Part shown: positions 13,741-24,024 of the stretch, piece by piece
Layout of the letters: the number at the start of each line of letters is the position of its first letter
Position numbering within the stretch: position 1 is the stretch's first letter
Origin: a virus
Taxonomy: Duplodnaviria; Caudoviricetes
Length of the DNA: 64,000 nt
Strand: one strand, 5' to 3'
IMG/VR virus record: IMGVR_UViG_3300037067_001739
Span: 32,001 to 96,000 of that record
Made by a program: the position numbers and the translations under genes
Notes under the pieces: generated by a model
What the model saw: only the letters and a program-made list of their open reading frames with translations
Told to the model about the DNA's origin: nothing
The model's database searches: none

Positions 13741-15076
13741 CTATGTACTCCCTTGCCTTAGCGAAAGCACCCTCTCTGTCATCCTTATCCAACTTGTCAT
13801 CAATGACCAGATTGGTCAGGTGATTCTTGATTTCACCAACAAACTTTCCAGGCTTTAGTGAGAATTCGTTCATGATTTCATTACCGTCAATAGGGGAAGC
13901 TAGAGACTCTGGTTCTTCCGCCAAGCACTCGCTCACCATCTTGGTTAGGATGGTCATGAACTTATAGCGTGGGTTCTTAGAAGAGCGAATATCACACTTT
14001 ACCAAGTCCATTAGTAGTCCGATATTATCTTCACCAACTCTACGTACTAGACGCATGATGATTCTCTTCTTAATCTTACCCCTGACAATTTCTCTCTGTA
14101 GAACGATAGGAGTCATGTGATACTTAATCAAATGACAAACGCTCTGAACAGTTTCATTATCGTAACGTAGTCTGCGTAGAAGCTTTCTAGCCTTTCTAGC
14201 ACCCACGTTGTGGTGGGAGTAGAAATGAACACCACTCTCATCTTCTATCTTGGTTTCAGGCTTACCGATGTCGTGCAAGATACAAGCTAGACGGAAGATT
14301 AGGTTTCTGTCACCCTGCTCAATCTTAGAACCCTTGTGTAGAACCAACAGAGAATGCTCGTAAGCATCCTTGATGTGATTCTTACCCTGCTGGATGTTCT
14401 TCAAGTCCATGAACTCAGGTACGATGTAGTAAATCAGTCCAGTCTGACACAACTTTCTCCAACCGTAAGAAGCTCTGCTAGACAACAGGATTCTGTTCAG
14501 TTCCTCACGGATTCTTTCCTTAGATACTATCTGTAGTCTCTCAGGATGTTCAATCTTTACGTCAAGAGTGAAGCCAAGCTCGCAGGCAAAACGTACTGCA
14601 CGAAGCATTCTTAGAGGGTCTTCGTCAAATCTTTCGTTTCCACCTACTACCTTAATCAATCTATTGTTCATATCAATCAAACCACCAAACGGGTCAACTA
14701 CAGTTCCAGTCAATGGGTCACGAGCGATGGCATTGATAGTGAAGTCTCTGCGAGACAAGTCCTCTACCAAGCTATCACCAAACACGACCTCTGGCTTACG
14801 AGAATTGGAAGGGTAAACTTCCTTTCTGTAAGAAGTCACTTCAACGGTGACACCCTTAACGTTAAGACCAATAGTACCAAATGCTTCACCCATTGCATAG
14901 ATAGCACCCAAGTCATTTAGAAGTTCCTTTATCTTAGTTGGGTGGGCATTAGTTGCTAGGTCAATATCGTGAGACTTTCTATTAAGGAAAGAATCACGGA
15001 CATGACCACCAACTTCGTACAGTTCAAGTCCTTCGTTCTTGAATCTTTCAGCTATAGTCTTTATCAATTCTTCCAT
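13727..15076 (-). CDS. cca: CCA tRNA nucleotidyltransferase with HD domain
   Basis: VGGHVRD, DIDLAT, DLSRRDFTINA, EDPLRMLRAVRF, LHDIGKP. Confidence 0.95.
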   Translation of the reverse strand: MEELIKTIAERFKNEGLELYEVGGHVRDSFLNRKSHDIDLATNAHPTKIKELLNDLGAIYAMGEAFGTIGLNVKGVTVEVTSYRKEVYPSNSRKPEVVFGDSLVEDLSRRDFTINAIARDPLTGTVVDPFGGLIDMNNRLIKVVGGNERFDEDPLRMLRAVRFACELGFTLDVKIEHPERLQIVSKERIREELNRILLSSRASYGWRKLCQTGLIYYIVPEFMDLKNIQQGKNHIKDAYEHSLLVLHKGSKIEQGDRNLIFRLACILHDIGKPETKIEDESGVHFYSHHNVGARKARKLLRRLRYDNETVQSVCHLIKYHMTPIVLQREIVRGKIKKRIIMRLVRRVGEDNIGLLMDLVKCDIRSSKNPRYKFMTILTKMVSECLAEEPESLASPIDGNEIMNEFSLKPGKFVGEIKNHLTNLVIDDKLDKDDREGAFAKAREYIDGRR

Positions 15077-15082
15077 ACCTCT

Positions 15083-15111
15083 ATATTAGCACATTTCCTT
15101 TCATTTGTCAA
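15083..15111 (-). promoter_or_regulatory. sigma70-type promoter, leaderless geometry for cca
   Basis: TTGACA-17-TAATAT, 6 nt to ATG. Confidence 0.7.
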
Positions 15112-15472
15112 GTCTGCCATAGTCAATTATTTCGTATTTATCAGGCTGAGGTAGTCGTGTGAAAGTCACCACAGCGATTTCATTGGGATTAAAATTACAA
15201 TAGATACGGCTCAAGGTTTCGCTCAAGCACTTCATTGTTTTTGTGGTGAGAAAGCACGCCAGATTGTCTATTTCCTTTTGAGTCACACCACTTAGTTTGG
15301 TATGACGAATCTTCTGTATGATGCCGAAACCTAATATGTTACTATCCATGTCACAAAGACAAATTGGGTCACTAACTTTAGCTACGGCTAACCATTTACC
15401 TCTACGTATTGTGGTATTTATGCCCTTGTGGAGATTGGGTGCTACGAATTTCATTCTATAGAACTTTTGCAT
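15101..15472 (-). CDS. ASCH/PUA-like protein (start uncertain)
   Basis: GINTTIRRG motif. Confidence 0.5.
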   Translation of the reverse strand: MQKFYRMKFVAPNLHKGINTTIRRGKWLAVAKVSDPICLCDMDSNILGFGIIQKIRHTKLSGVTQKEIDNLACFLTTKTMKCLSETLSRIYCNFNPNEIAVVTFTRLPQPDKYEIIDYGRLDK

Positions 15473-15959
15473 CTTCCCAATTATACCACGAACTAGAGTG
15501 TGTTTTGCTATCTCTAGCACCACCAACTCCGCAGATAATCTCGCAACCAATCTCTTTGCACACGTCAAGTTCTTCTTGAGGAATGTTGGTCATGTCTCTG
15601 TCGCCACCTTTAGCAAATATGTGCGGCTTTATAGCCCTAATAGTTGCAGATATGCTTTGGTCACAGTCTACACTACCAGCCACAACATTGACCGTCTTGA
15701 ACTCATTAACGATAAAAGCCCTGTCTAGGAAAGGATAACGAATCCTGCCCTCAAGCGGAGTCCCTCTGCGTTTCATGAGTAGTTGCTCGTCAGTATTCAG
15801 CATGACGACTAAGAAGTCTCCTAAGTCTTTTGCCGCTCTGAAATAAATAAGGTGTGTCGGTGTAGGTGGGTCAAAGTAACCAGACACCGCAACGACCTTA
15901 CCCTGTTGTTTTAAGCTTTCGAAAAATTGGGTATATTCATTTGTGTGTAGTATTATCAT
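15456..15959 (-). CDS. cytidylyl/adenylyltransferase family (TagD/RfaE-like)
   Basis: VSGYFDPPTPTH, LVVMLNTD, KPHIFAKGGDR. Confidence 0.85.
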   Translation of the reverse strand: MIILHTNEYTQFFESLKQQGKVVAVSGYFDPPTPTHLIYFRAAKDLGDFLVVMLNTDEQLLMKRRGTPLEGRIRYPFLDRAFIVNEFKTVNVVAGSVDCDQSISATIRAIKPHIFAKGGDRDMTNIPQEELDVCKEIGCEIICGVGGARDSKTHSSSWYNWEDAKVL

Positions 15960-16287
15960 ATTTACCTACCACTTCAAAATCTAGTAGATATACTGGTGAT
16001 ATGTACCACATACCTACCTTGTAATCTGCATAGTCTACTTTTTTAATCTGATGGTAAACTTTGACACCATCCTCAGTTTCCCACCATCCATAGTAAGGGG
16101 TATAAGAAGATTCTAGTCTCCATTTCTGTGCCTCTGGTACGTGCAGTTTATCAAGGTATAAATCTTCCTCGTCAAACTCTACGTATGCACCACGTCCACC
16201 ATGTACAATACGAGTAAACTTATCAGCTACAAGAATGCCACTTTTGGTAAATACTGGTAGGACTCCTGTAAAGTCATACTTATTCAT
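15937..16287 (-). CDS. hypothetical protein
   Basis: RIVHGGRGAYVEF..VDYADYKVG; operonic overlap. Confidence 0.65.
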   Translation of the reverse strand: MNKYDFTGVLPVFTKSGILVADKFTRIVHGGRGAYVEFDEEDLYLDKLHVPEAQKWRLESSYTPYYGWWETEDGVKVYHQIKKVDYADYKVGMWYISPVYLLDFEVVGKYDNTTHK

Positions 16288-16681
16288 AGTGGCAAACCGT
16301 TTACTATCTTCCTAACTTTCATAATTTCTGAGTCATGGATGTGAATTCCTAATTCATAAAGTGAAACAAAGACTGGCAGAAATTCCTCAATGCACTCTCG
16401 TCTGGTGTTATTCAGTATAGGACTATTGCTGTAAAAGTCCATGAACGCATCCACGTACTCGTCAAGTTGCTCGTCTGTATAGACGATATGGTGCATTAAC
16501 TCATGTACTCGTTCTCTATTCAGCATTCTCATTCTCCAAGCAACCGTCATTTTCCTCAGCCCATTGAGCGAGTTTCTTCTCGCTGTCAAAAGTGCCGATG
16601 GTGCAGACATCAATAAACATTGTCACCTTGGAATCCTTGGAATCAGCGTAGTGCTCGGTTCTTTCTTCTACCATTGTAAGC

Positions 16682-17095
16682 TTATACTTTACAGTCATCT
16701 GCATTCCTCCATCCGTCAGGAAATAATTTTATCTGCTTCTTATAGCATTCGAGACATAATACTTTGTCTTGTAGTGGTGGGATTACGTACTTTTCCCAAT
16801 CTTCATCTATAAACATATCAGGAAATACTTCGCCACAAAGAGCACACAACACAGGTATCTGAACCCAAGGAATTCTGCCCTTACGTTCTAGCATTTCTTC
16901 CCATTGTTCCTCTTGTCTCTCAGTTAAGCCATGCTCGTATGCCCAAGTTCCCTCGGACACATCAACATTTAGTAGTTCGTAGCAACAACCACAGCTTATG
17001 AGTTGCCCACCACAGAAGGGACAACGTTCCATATCACAGCCTAGAGCATGATACTCACCCTCTTTTGCACCACAATCATGACATGTCTTATCCAA
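16682..17095 (-). CDS. Cys-rich hypothetical protein
   Basis: [27 protein letters not shown]. Confidence 0.7.
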   Translation of the reverse strand: MDKTCHDCGAKEGEYHALGCDMERCPFCGGQLISCGCCYELLNVDVSEGTWAYEHGLTERQEEQWEEMLERKGRIPWVQIPVLCALCGEVFPDMFIDEDWEKYVIPPLQDKVLCLECYKKQIKLFPDGWRNADDCKV

Positions 17096-17564
17096 AGGCT
17101 AAGTTCCCCTTTTCTGACGCTGTGCTTACTTTAGGACTTACAAGTATCCCTTTCTTATCAATAAGGATACCGTCAAGGTGGTCTACTTCATGCTCTGCCA
17201 CGCTAGATTCCTCTGGTGTTTTGCACTTTAATTTGACAGGTCTACCATGAGAGTCAGTTCCAAAGAGCGTTAATGTCTGCGGTCTGGTTACTTGATAAAC
17301 ACCATCTACACTCAGACAACCCTCGAACATCTTTACTGCACCTTTCTTGTGCTGGATGTAGGGATTGAATATTGTATACTCTTTGCCACGATATACGATG
17401 TTTATAATCCTCACAGACTGACCTATCTGTGGTGCGGCAAGACCGATACCACCATTCTCCTGTCTGACCCTTGACATTTCCTCAGTAATATTGGTCAGGT
17501 CAAGTTTGGTGGTGGCGGGTACTGCTTTCTGTCTTAATCTTTTATCTGGTAATTTAATTAACAT
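17088..17564 (-). CDS. def: peptide deformylase
   Basis: [23 protein letters not shown]. Confidence 0.95.
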   Translation of the reverse strand: MLIKLPDKRLRQKAVPATTKLDLTNITEEMSRVRQENGGIGLAAPQIGQSVRIINIVYRGKEYTIFNPYIQHKKGAVKMFEGCLSVDGVYQVTRPQTLTLFGTDSHGRPVKLKCKTPEESSVAEHEVDHLDGILIDKKGILVSPKVSTASEKGNLAFG

Positions 17565-17808
17565 CTAATATCTTCCCCAATTTTATAGAATAAAGAGCCT
17601 CTCCCTTGTCCATCCCTAACCACTCCACTCTCATAGTAGGAGAGGTCTTTGAATACCCATTCTTGAATACGATTACATCGAAAGTCTTACCTTCCAATCT
17701 CTTTGTCCAGTAGGGTTTTATCTCACGAAACTCTACTTTTTTAGTGCCATCTAGTATCGCATCAAAGTAGCATTTCTTTAGTGTCAAGTATAAGACTTTT
17801 ATCCCCAT
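17554..17808 (-). CDS. ASCH domain protein
   Basis: YFDAILDGTKKVEFREIKPYW. Confidence 0.85.
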   Translation of the reverse strand: MGIKVLYLTLKKCYFDAILDGTKKVEFREIKPYWTKRLEGKTFDVIVFKNGYSKTSPTMRVEWLGMDKGEALYSIKLGKILDVN

Positions 17809-18347
17809 TGTTCCGCCATTGCCTCAGCTATTCCAGTGTAAGTCGTACTTCTTAACTTCCACCTATCAGGTGATGGTGGTAAATGATGTACTCTTGGTGT
17901 CCGACCCTCGACAATGTTTGTCGGTTTCAACAGTGGTAGATTCTTTAACCACAAACATGTAGCTTTAGTTTCACCGTGTCCAAACTGCCAAGGTTGGATT
18001 ATCTGGTCTGGTTTACGAATCTTGGACGATATTATACTGATAGGATTCTCCAAAGCTATCTTTGGTATGTCAGCATTAAGCAAAAGCCATACAAAGTCTA
18101 GAGCTTCCTGTTGTTCCTGTTGCTTATTTTTGAACCATCGAGCACCAGAAACCGCAAGATGTGTACAAGGTGGGTGGGCTATCATTAAGTCCCACTTGAA
18201 CCCCAATATGTCTCTCACATCACCTTGGTAATGATACTCACTGCCATCATCAGCAGGAAGTAAGTCACAGGATAACGCATCGTGACCTCTAAGTCTGAAA
18301 GCTTCTCTGACTACCCCGCTATATTCGCAAGCTACTAATATCTTCAT
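17799..18347 (-). CDS. phage-type DNA cytosine methyltransferase-like protein
   Basis: ILVACEYSG, DLMIAHPPCT, ENP motifs. Confidence 0.75.
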   Translation of the reverse strand: MKILVACEYSGVVREAFRLRGHDALSCDLLPADDGSEYHYQGDVRDILGFKWDLMIAHPPCTHLAVSGARWFKNKQQEQQEALDFVWLLLNADIPKIALENPISIISSKIRKPDQIIQPWQFGHGETKATCLWLKNLPLLKPTNIVEGRTPRVHHLPPSPDRWKLRSTTYTGIAEAMAEQWG

Positions 18348-19654
18348 TTTCCGTTTATTGCGTCCGCCGCAATTATACCACTTGCTACTGCTTGGATGAT
18401 GCCTCTTGATACACCACTTCCATCACCCACACAATACAAATTAGGTATTGATGTCTGCATATTTTTTAGTTCAATGACGTTAGAGTAGAACTTGACTTCG
18501 ATGCCATAGAGCAAGTTGCTTCCAGCCATCATGCCAGGAGCTATCTTATCCATCGTCTGTATCATTTCCGTTAAGTCACACAGGTAACGATATGGAAGTA
18601 CGAGGCTCAAGTCCCCTGGAAACGCATCCAGTGTTGGCTTCACATTACTCTTTACTATTCGTTCCTTGGTTGAGCGTCTACCGTCCAGCAGGTCACCAAG
18701 TCTCTGTACTATCACTCCACCCTCAGCGATGTTGTTTGCTAAGGAGACGATTGACCTCCCGAACTCATTAGGACGAATAGGAGAACCGAATGGGATGCTT
18801 ACAAGGAGAGCAAAGTTGGTATTAGTTGTCACTCCCTGTTTGAAGCTATGCCCGTTGCAGGTGGTCAGGTCATCAAATTGTTCCCGTACCACTTCACCAT
18901 GTGGACATACGCAGAATGTTCTTACCATGTCATCAAAACACTTGGTATAGTAGTGTATCTTGAAGTCATGACTAAACTTTACTAACTCTGCGGCAACAGC
19001 ATCAGGTACTTCCATTCTGACACCCAAATCTACTTTGTTACCACCAACCTTAACATTCAAAACAGATAGCTGGTCAGCTAACCATTTAGAACCCTCTCGA
19101 CCAGTGGCGAGCACTACGGTCTTTGCTCGGTATGTCTCGCTGTCAAGACCGAACTCACCAGCACTTAGATGGAACTCGTCTCCCACAATCTCGATGTCAT
19201 GGATGTCTGTGCAGAGTCTTACCTCACACTTCTTGTCCAATTCCTTGTACATCTTCTCGGTAAAAATTCGGCTACCATCAGTCCCAAGATGAATGGTGTT
19301 CGTTGCGAGTAACTCCATTCCCTCTCTAGATGCCCTGTCAGCAAGTGATTGTTGAGCATCGTCAAGGTGAGGTTGTAAAGTCGTTAAATCGGCATCAGCA
19401 CCGAACATCTTAGCGGCTCGGCACAGGTAATAGCTAGGTTGATATGTATGTTCCTTGATGTTTCCACCAACGACATCAGACATAACTAGCTTGCCATCAG
19501 AGAATAAACCAGCACCACCGAAGCCAGAGGTGATTGAGGTGCGTTCCATTACTCCCTTACCTTTGTCTATTAAAACGACTTTTAATTTTGGGTCGAGTGT
19601 CTTGGCTACTGCCATTCCAGCAGGTCCAGCACCAACTATTGCCACATCATACAT
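18344..19654 (-). CDS. FAD/NAD(P)-dependent oxidoreductase
   Basis: GAGPAG, GFGGAGLFSDGKL, RTFCVCPHG, VGDGSGVSRG. Confidence 0.88.
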   Translation of the reverse strand: MYDVAIVGAGPAGMAVAKTLDPKLKVVLIDKGKGVMERTSITSGFGGAGLFSDGKLVMSDVVGGNIKEHTYQPSYYLCRAAKMFGADADLTTLQPHLDDAQQSLADRASREGMELLATNTIHLGTDGSRIFTEKMYKELDKKCEVRLCTDIHDIEIVGDEFHLSAGEFGLDSETYRAKTVVLATGREGSKWLADQLSVLNVKVGGNKVDLGVRMEVPDAVAAELVKFSHDFKIHYYTKCFDDMVRTFCVCPHGEVVREQFDDLTTCNGHSFKQGVTTNTNFALLVSIPFGSPIRPNEFGRSIVSLANNIAEGGVIVQRLGDLLDGRRSTKERIVKSNVKPTLDAFPGDLSLVLPYRYLCDLTEMIQTMDKIAPGMMAGSNLLYGIEVKFYSNVIELKNMQTSIPNLYCVGDGSGVSRGIIQAVASGIIAADAINGK

Positions 19655-20163
19655 TACTTTGTCTCCAACAGTTGCAATACCATTTTCCTGAAATACTCTT
19701 GACCATCTGGATATAAATACCCATCTGTAGTCTCATCTTCACAACTCTTTATATTTTGTCTATAATCTTCTGCATGTTTGACTTCCATCAGTACCTTGTT
19801 CATACGAGCCTGTATCTGCTTGTAGTCCATTTCTACTGCTATCCATTCGGCATCAGGTTGAGGATTACCAGCAGTCCAGCATTTGAACCTTTGGTTACAC
19901 TTATCACAGTTCTTAAACTCGACTTCCTTTTCCTTTATTCGGCACTGCTCAAATTTCCATTCGTCAGTATTCTTTTTTATAAAGTAATCTCTAGCTGTAC
20001 CTTTTGGTACATTAGAGATATTCGGATGCTTGCCAGAAAGTCTACCAGTTACCGTTCCTACGTGAGTATCGGACAGTACAAGTATAGTATTTTCTGGAAT
20101 GTCCTCACTTACCAATATCGGTAAATTTTTTATCACAAGAGCGTTCTCCGAATGACTCAACAA
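19654..20163 (-). CDS. Cys-motif protein
   Basis: CDKCNQRFKCWT; start uncertain. Confidence 0.65.
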   Translation of the reverse strand: MLSHSENALVIKNLPILVSEDIPENTILVLSDTHVGTVTGRLSGKHPNISNVPKGTARDYFIKKNTDEWKFEQCRIKEKEVEFKNCDKCNQRFKCWTAGNPQPDAEWIAVEMDYKQIQARMNKVLMEVKHAEDYRQNIKSCEDETTDGYLYPDGQEYFRKMVLQLLETK

Positions 20164-21319
20164 TTACAGGTAAGCACAACCTTTCACTAACCTCTTGAAC
20201 AAGGTTATCACTTACCACGACATGTGGTTTACATTTGAACAGTGTATCAGTTAATTTTGATTGTTCATCAAGACCAAATGGAGTTCTAAGTTCAGTAACA
20301 AACCCACGTGTAGGTGGTAGATGGTAGCTGTCACACAGCTTCGAGCAGTTTTCGTCAATATGCGTGACCGCTAAAGCATTCACCCCACCGTTCACCTTGA
20401 GTGCATACTTAGTTGCCACAAGGTCAAGTACACCAGTTCTAAAACCACCCTGCCACTCGTTAGTCACGTTATATTTATCAACAAACGGCAAATCAGTTTC
20501 GGTCACAAATGGTCCGTTGCCATGACGAGTCGAGTACGTTCTGATAACACCAATCTCGGTTGCTTCCTGATACCACAATTTCCAGGCATTCTTTGTAGTG
20601 GTTGTAGTCCACATAGTGTGCGGATGGAAACCATAGTTCTCGTCAAGCAAAACGCCACCAGCACCCTCAAATATTACTTGGTCGAATCCATGAGTATCAA
20701 GGTTCTCTACTATCTTAATGTTCTGAGCTAGTAGGAACTCATAAATACCCATACAGAGTTCTGGTGCTTTGGGGTCGTCCAGAATTGCATCTGCTACTCC
20801 CACTTCTGCTCGTTTCTTCTCTTGTATGGTCTTTAGCTTTGTCATAGCAGTCTCATGGTCTAGCAAGTCTCTTACTCTTAAAACCAGACCATCTAACGAG
20901 TCTGCGACAGCGTTGCCCATACCCATCCCACAGCTACCATGCCTGTTCTTTGTCTCAAGTACCCTATTTGCTACCTTGTGGAAAGGTGTTACAATCGGTG
21001 TTTCGACATTGATAGACAGTCTAGATAGTGCATCATTCACATCAATATTGCACAGCCCCTCATTCTCACGTAGCATGGAAAGAGGGTCTATCCACACATA
21101 TTCAGACAGATATGTTTTAACTGTAGGAACGAGTGTGCCACTACCAAACTGAGCAAACGTGTGGTGGACTCCCTTTGCAGTCACAACATTGTGTGCGGCT
21201 TGAGGTCCACCATTGTACCTTACAATCAAGGTGTTTGGGGTGAGACAGGAAAGATAATCAATGACTGTTCCCTTTCCTGCGTCACCAAAGCCTAAGTCTA
21301 CGACTATATAAGCTTTCAT
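20105..21319 (-). CDS. adenylosuccinate synthetase-like protein (divergent PurA family)
   Basis: DLGFGDAGKG, RYNGGPQAAH, FEGAGGVLLD, TRHGNGPF. Confidence 0.85.
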   Translation of the reverse strand: MKAYIVVDLGFGDAGKGTVIDYLSCLTPNTLIVRYNGGPQAAHNVVTAKGVHHTFAQFGSGTLVPTVKTYLSEYVWIDPLSMLRENEGLCNIDVNDALSRLSINVETPIVTPFHKVANRVLETKNRHGSCGMGMGNAVADSLDGLVLRVRDLLDHETAMTKLKTIQEKKRAEVGVADAILDDPKAPELCMGIYEFLLAQNIKIVENLDTHGFDQVIFEGAGGVLLDENYGFHPHTMWTTTTTKNAWKLWYQEATEIGVIRTYSTRHGNGPFVTETDLPFVDKYNVTNEWQGGFRTGVLDLVATKYALKVNGGVNALAVTHIDENCSKLCDSYHLPPTRGFVTELRTPFGLDEQSKLTDTLFKCKPHVVVSDNLVQEVSERLCLPVIVESFGERSCDKKFTDIGK

Positions 21320-21630
21320 TAGTTGTCCTCGGCTTCCGTAAAACATTTGAACCTAGTTCTACATTTATCACATATGGCTAGTCGCTTATCCAAAGGAAGC
21401 TTTTTGCTACAACAAAAATGCAGGTCAACCCTATCACGAGAGTTGATTGTACCATACTTTGTCCTGTATGCGCTATATCCGTAACTACCATCTTTGTTAC
21501 GTTTAGCCCTTGGTGTACAGTCTATACACCATGTAAAGTGTCTACCGTACTTCCTGAAACACTTAGGACATATTTTGTAGTAACCATTACTTGCCATAAT
21601 ATTATTCGGTGGCGTGACCAAGCATTTCAC
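21319..21630 (-). CDS. Cys-motif protein
   Basis: CPKC..CIDC; C-terminal CDKCRTRFKCFT. Confidence 0.7.
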   Translation of the reverse strand: MKCLVTPPNNIMASNGYYKICPKCFRKYGRHFTWCIDCTPRAKRNKDGSYGYSAYRTKYGTINSRDRVDLHFCCSKKLPLDKRLAICDKCRTRFKCFTEAEDN

Positions 21631-21727
21631 TTGGGAGGTTATTTTCCCATCTACTTCACGGTAACGTTAACTCCGCTATCTACTGGTATCTTCACCCTTT
21701 ACTATTTGTTACGCACGCCATGTAAAC

Positions 21728-22657
21728 TTATTTTACTGCCGCTAACGTTTTCTCTACGGATTTCCTAGCTTTAGCTGTCGTTCCAGCTTTCGTCAGGTTC
21801 TCCATGATTTCCTTGAGTTCGATACCTTCCTCAGCGGCTACCGTTGAAGCTATCAACTCACAGACTGCGCTCTCATCGTCAAGACGAAGAACGTTCTGAC
21901 CAAGCAACTCGTTCCAGCGTTTCTGTAGTCTAGGGTCGCTTGCGTGGTAAGTATGTTCAGGTATAATGAAGTACACTTCCCACTTCTCACGGACTTCTTT
22001 GATGATGTCCTCAATGAGAATGTCTGCTTCCTCGCCAGCACCAAATATCCTGTTCACTTCGGATTTCTTGACCACAGGATAAGGCATCTCGTCACCACTC
22101 AGGAACAGGTAACCTTTCTGCCCTCTCTTGTTGTAGCAGTCAAGGTCGGTAAAACGTGCCATAGCGTATAACGCTAATTCGTAGGACTCTGTGAACTGTC
22201 CGCCGCCGCCACCTTCAAGGACAATCTTGCGAATGTGCTCGTCAATCAGATTGTTGCTTTCAAACTGAGAAATCTGTAACGGAATCGCATCGCAGGTAGC
22301 GTCACCGACTGCACCGACAAGAATTTGAGGGTGCTCGATTTTACCTTTGAGAACGACTAGAGACATCAGTTTATTCAGGTTTTTCTGGAACACCTGCGGT
22401 ACAGTCTCCATCGAACCCGTAACATCGAAAAATACGGCGATTGCTCTGGATTCAGGATGGTCGTCAGAATCATGGCACTCCCTGACGTGGTTCACCGAAT
22501 CTTTAATTGATTTCGGTTCAAGGTCTGCGTGAGCCTTTCTCTCACTTTTTGCTCTGGACATTACATCATCACTGTGTGCAAAGTCCCTGATACCACTCTT
22601 AGCTCTGTAAGTGGCTGAGGATGAATAAAGTTTGCTATCCCAATGTCCGCCGCCCAT
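21728..22657 (-). CDS. vWA-domain protein
   Basis: MIDAS-like FDVTGSM, EGGGGGQFTESYELA, SGDE. Confidence 0.82.
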   Translation of the reverse strand: MGGGHWDSKLYSSSATYRAKSGIRDFAHSDDVMSRAKSERKAHADLEPKSIKDSVNHVRECHDSDDHPESRAIAVFFDVTGSMETVPQVFQKNLNKLMSLVVLKGKIEHPQILVGAVGDATCDAIPLQISQFESNNLIDEHIRKIVLEGGGGGQFTESYELALYAMARFTDLDCYNKRGQKGYLFLSGDEMPYPVVKKSEVNRIFGAGEEADILIEDIIKEVREKWEVYFIIPEHTYHASDPRLQKRWNELLGQNVLRLDDESAVCELIASTVAAEEGIELKEIMENLTKAGTTAKARKSVEKTLAAVK

Positions 22658-22740
22658 TATTTAGTCTCCTTTTCTTCTGATTTTTCTTTTTCCTCGATTG
22701 GTTCATCTGTTAATGGTGTATCCCATTTATTGCCACCCAT
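22657..22740 (-). CDS. 27-aa peptide resembling the vWA N-terminus
   Basis: MGGNKWDTPLTDEPIEEKEKSEEKETK; GGAG SD; TAATG coupling. Confidence 0.5.
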   Translation of the reverse strand: MGGNKWDTPLTDEPIEEKEKSEEKETK

Positions 22741-22923
22741 TTATTTTATCTCCTTTTTTGTTTCTTTCAAGTATTCAACCACTAATCTTGGTACTACAAA
22801 GTAGTGCTTAGGGTTGGTTATGCACTTATATACAACACCCTCTATAAAGTTCTGGCTTTCGGGTGTCTGCTCTGCTTTATTACCGCAGAAAGGACAATCT
22901 AATGTAAACATATAGCTTAACTC

Positions 22924-23709
22924 CTATACCTTAAATGGTCTAAAGACTGAACCGTAAAGTTTCTTGACAACCTTATCCAGTTGTTCGTGCAATTCTCGTG
23001 CATCTGTCATGCCCATAGAACCAGCACGCATAATGATACGAATGTCTTTACTAACATTATCAATACCACCCATCAACTTCGTCATGAGAATAGTTGCCAT
23101 ATGAATATCAAGAGCAGTTCCATTCTCTACTGTCAAAGCATATTCAGGGTAATAGTCTTTAATGTGTACCTCAAACTTTGGTTTTTTACCAACCTGATTC
23201 ACGTGCATCCAGTCTATCAACCAGATGCCGTGAGTTTTCAGGTTCAGTAACACGTGCTCTGGAAGCACAGCCGAGTGTATGTAACCAAGTGAATGAGCAG
23301 TCCAAATTGCCGCAAGCAATCTCTTATACATCCAAACCATATCTCGCTCGTCTATACCATTCGGATATACTTTTAACACCTTCTCCAAGCTTGGCATATC
23401 CTTGTCGTATCTGTATGCTACGGCATTATTCTTCATGCTACAATTAAAGTTCTTTGCTGACGTGAAACACTTGAACCTCTCAGGACAACTATCACATACT
23501 TTAAGTCCTGCTGTTTCGTCAAGAATGTCTGGAAACAGGTCAGCTAAGTTGGTTTTCTTCAACTTGCTAACAATCTCTACCTCTTTCTTGAGTCGGGGTT
23601 CATCCTTTGGGTCTCTTACAACCTTGAGTAATGTAACCCCATCGTCACAGAGTAGAGCATCTGTGTACGTTCCAGTTGCTATCTTTTTTGCGTTATCGTA
23701 TACACTCAT
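22924..23709 (-). CDS. protein kinase-like (pseudokinase) protein with inserted Cys motif
   Basis: IATGTY..LLKVV..IHSAVLPEHVLL..LIDW; CDSCPERFKCFT. Confidence 0.75.
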   Translation of the reverse strand: MSVYDNAKKIATGTYTDALLCDDGVTLLKVVRDPKDEPRLKKEVEIVSKLKKTNLADLFPDILDETAGLKVCDSCPERFKCFTSAKNFNCSMKNNAVAYRYDKDMPSLEKVLKVYPNGIDERDMVWMYKRLLAAIWTAHSLGYIHSAVLPEHVLLNLKTHGIWLIDWMHVNQVGKKPKFEVHIKDYYPEYALTVENGTALDIHMATILMTKLMGGIDNVSKDIRIIMRAGSMGMTDARELHEQLDKVVKKLYGSVFRPFKV

Positions 23710-23960
23710 ATCTTTGCCAGTATCTCACCGATTTCGTGTGCTACTTCGGGTTTGATTATGATGTTCTGACCCTTAGCCGCAAACTTCTTCTCATTCTCAT
23801 TCTTCCATACCTGTAGCTGGATAAACTCTGCACCCCAACACTTCACCTTTGCTACACGTACAGTAGAGAATTTATTTTTCGTGACCTCACCAAGAACTTC
23901 AAGAAGCTGAAACTTCCCATTCTTCTTGTCATATTTAGTATCTACTTCTGAAAAAGACAT
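23706..23960 (-). CDS. possible PC4/YdbC-like ssDNA-binding protein
   Basis: VRVAKV..FIQLQVW..KG pattern. Confidence 0.45.
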   Translation of the reverse strand: MSFSEVDTKYDKKNGKFQLLEVLGEVTKNKFSTVRVAKVKCWGAEFIQLQVWKNENEKKFAAKGQNIIIKPEVAHEIGEILAKI

Positions 23961-23978
23961 TTCTCACTCTCCACTTAC

Positions 23979-24007
23979 ATTATAACACATTCGCTTCTCA
24001 AAGTCAA
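23979..24007 (-). promoter_or_regulatory. sigma70-type promoter
   Basis: TTGACT-17-TATAAT, TG extension. Confidence 0.8.
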
Positions 24008-24024
24008 GCCTAGCTGTGGCGATG

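Noticed and set aside
20105-21319. PurZ (Z-genome, 2-aminoadenine synthesis)
   Set aside because: The motif is GDAGKG with the PurA-type Asp rather than the Ser of PurZ (GSTGKG), and no datZ- or mazZ-like neighbours were recognised.
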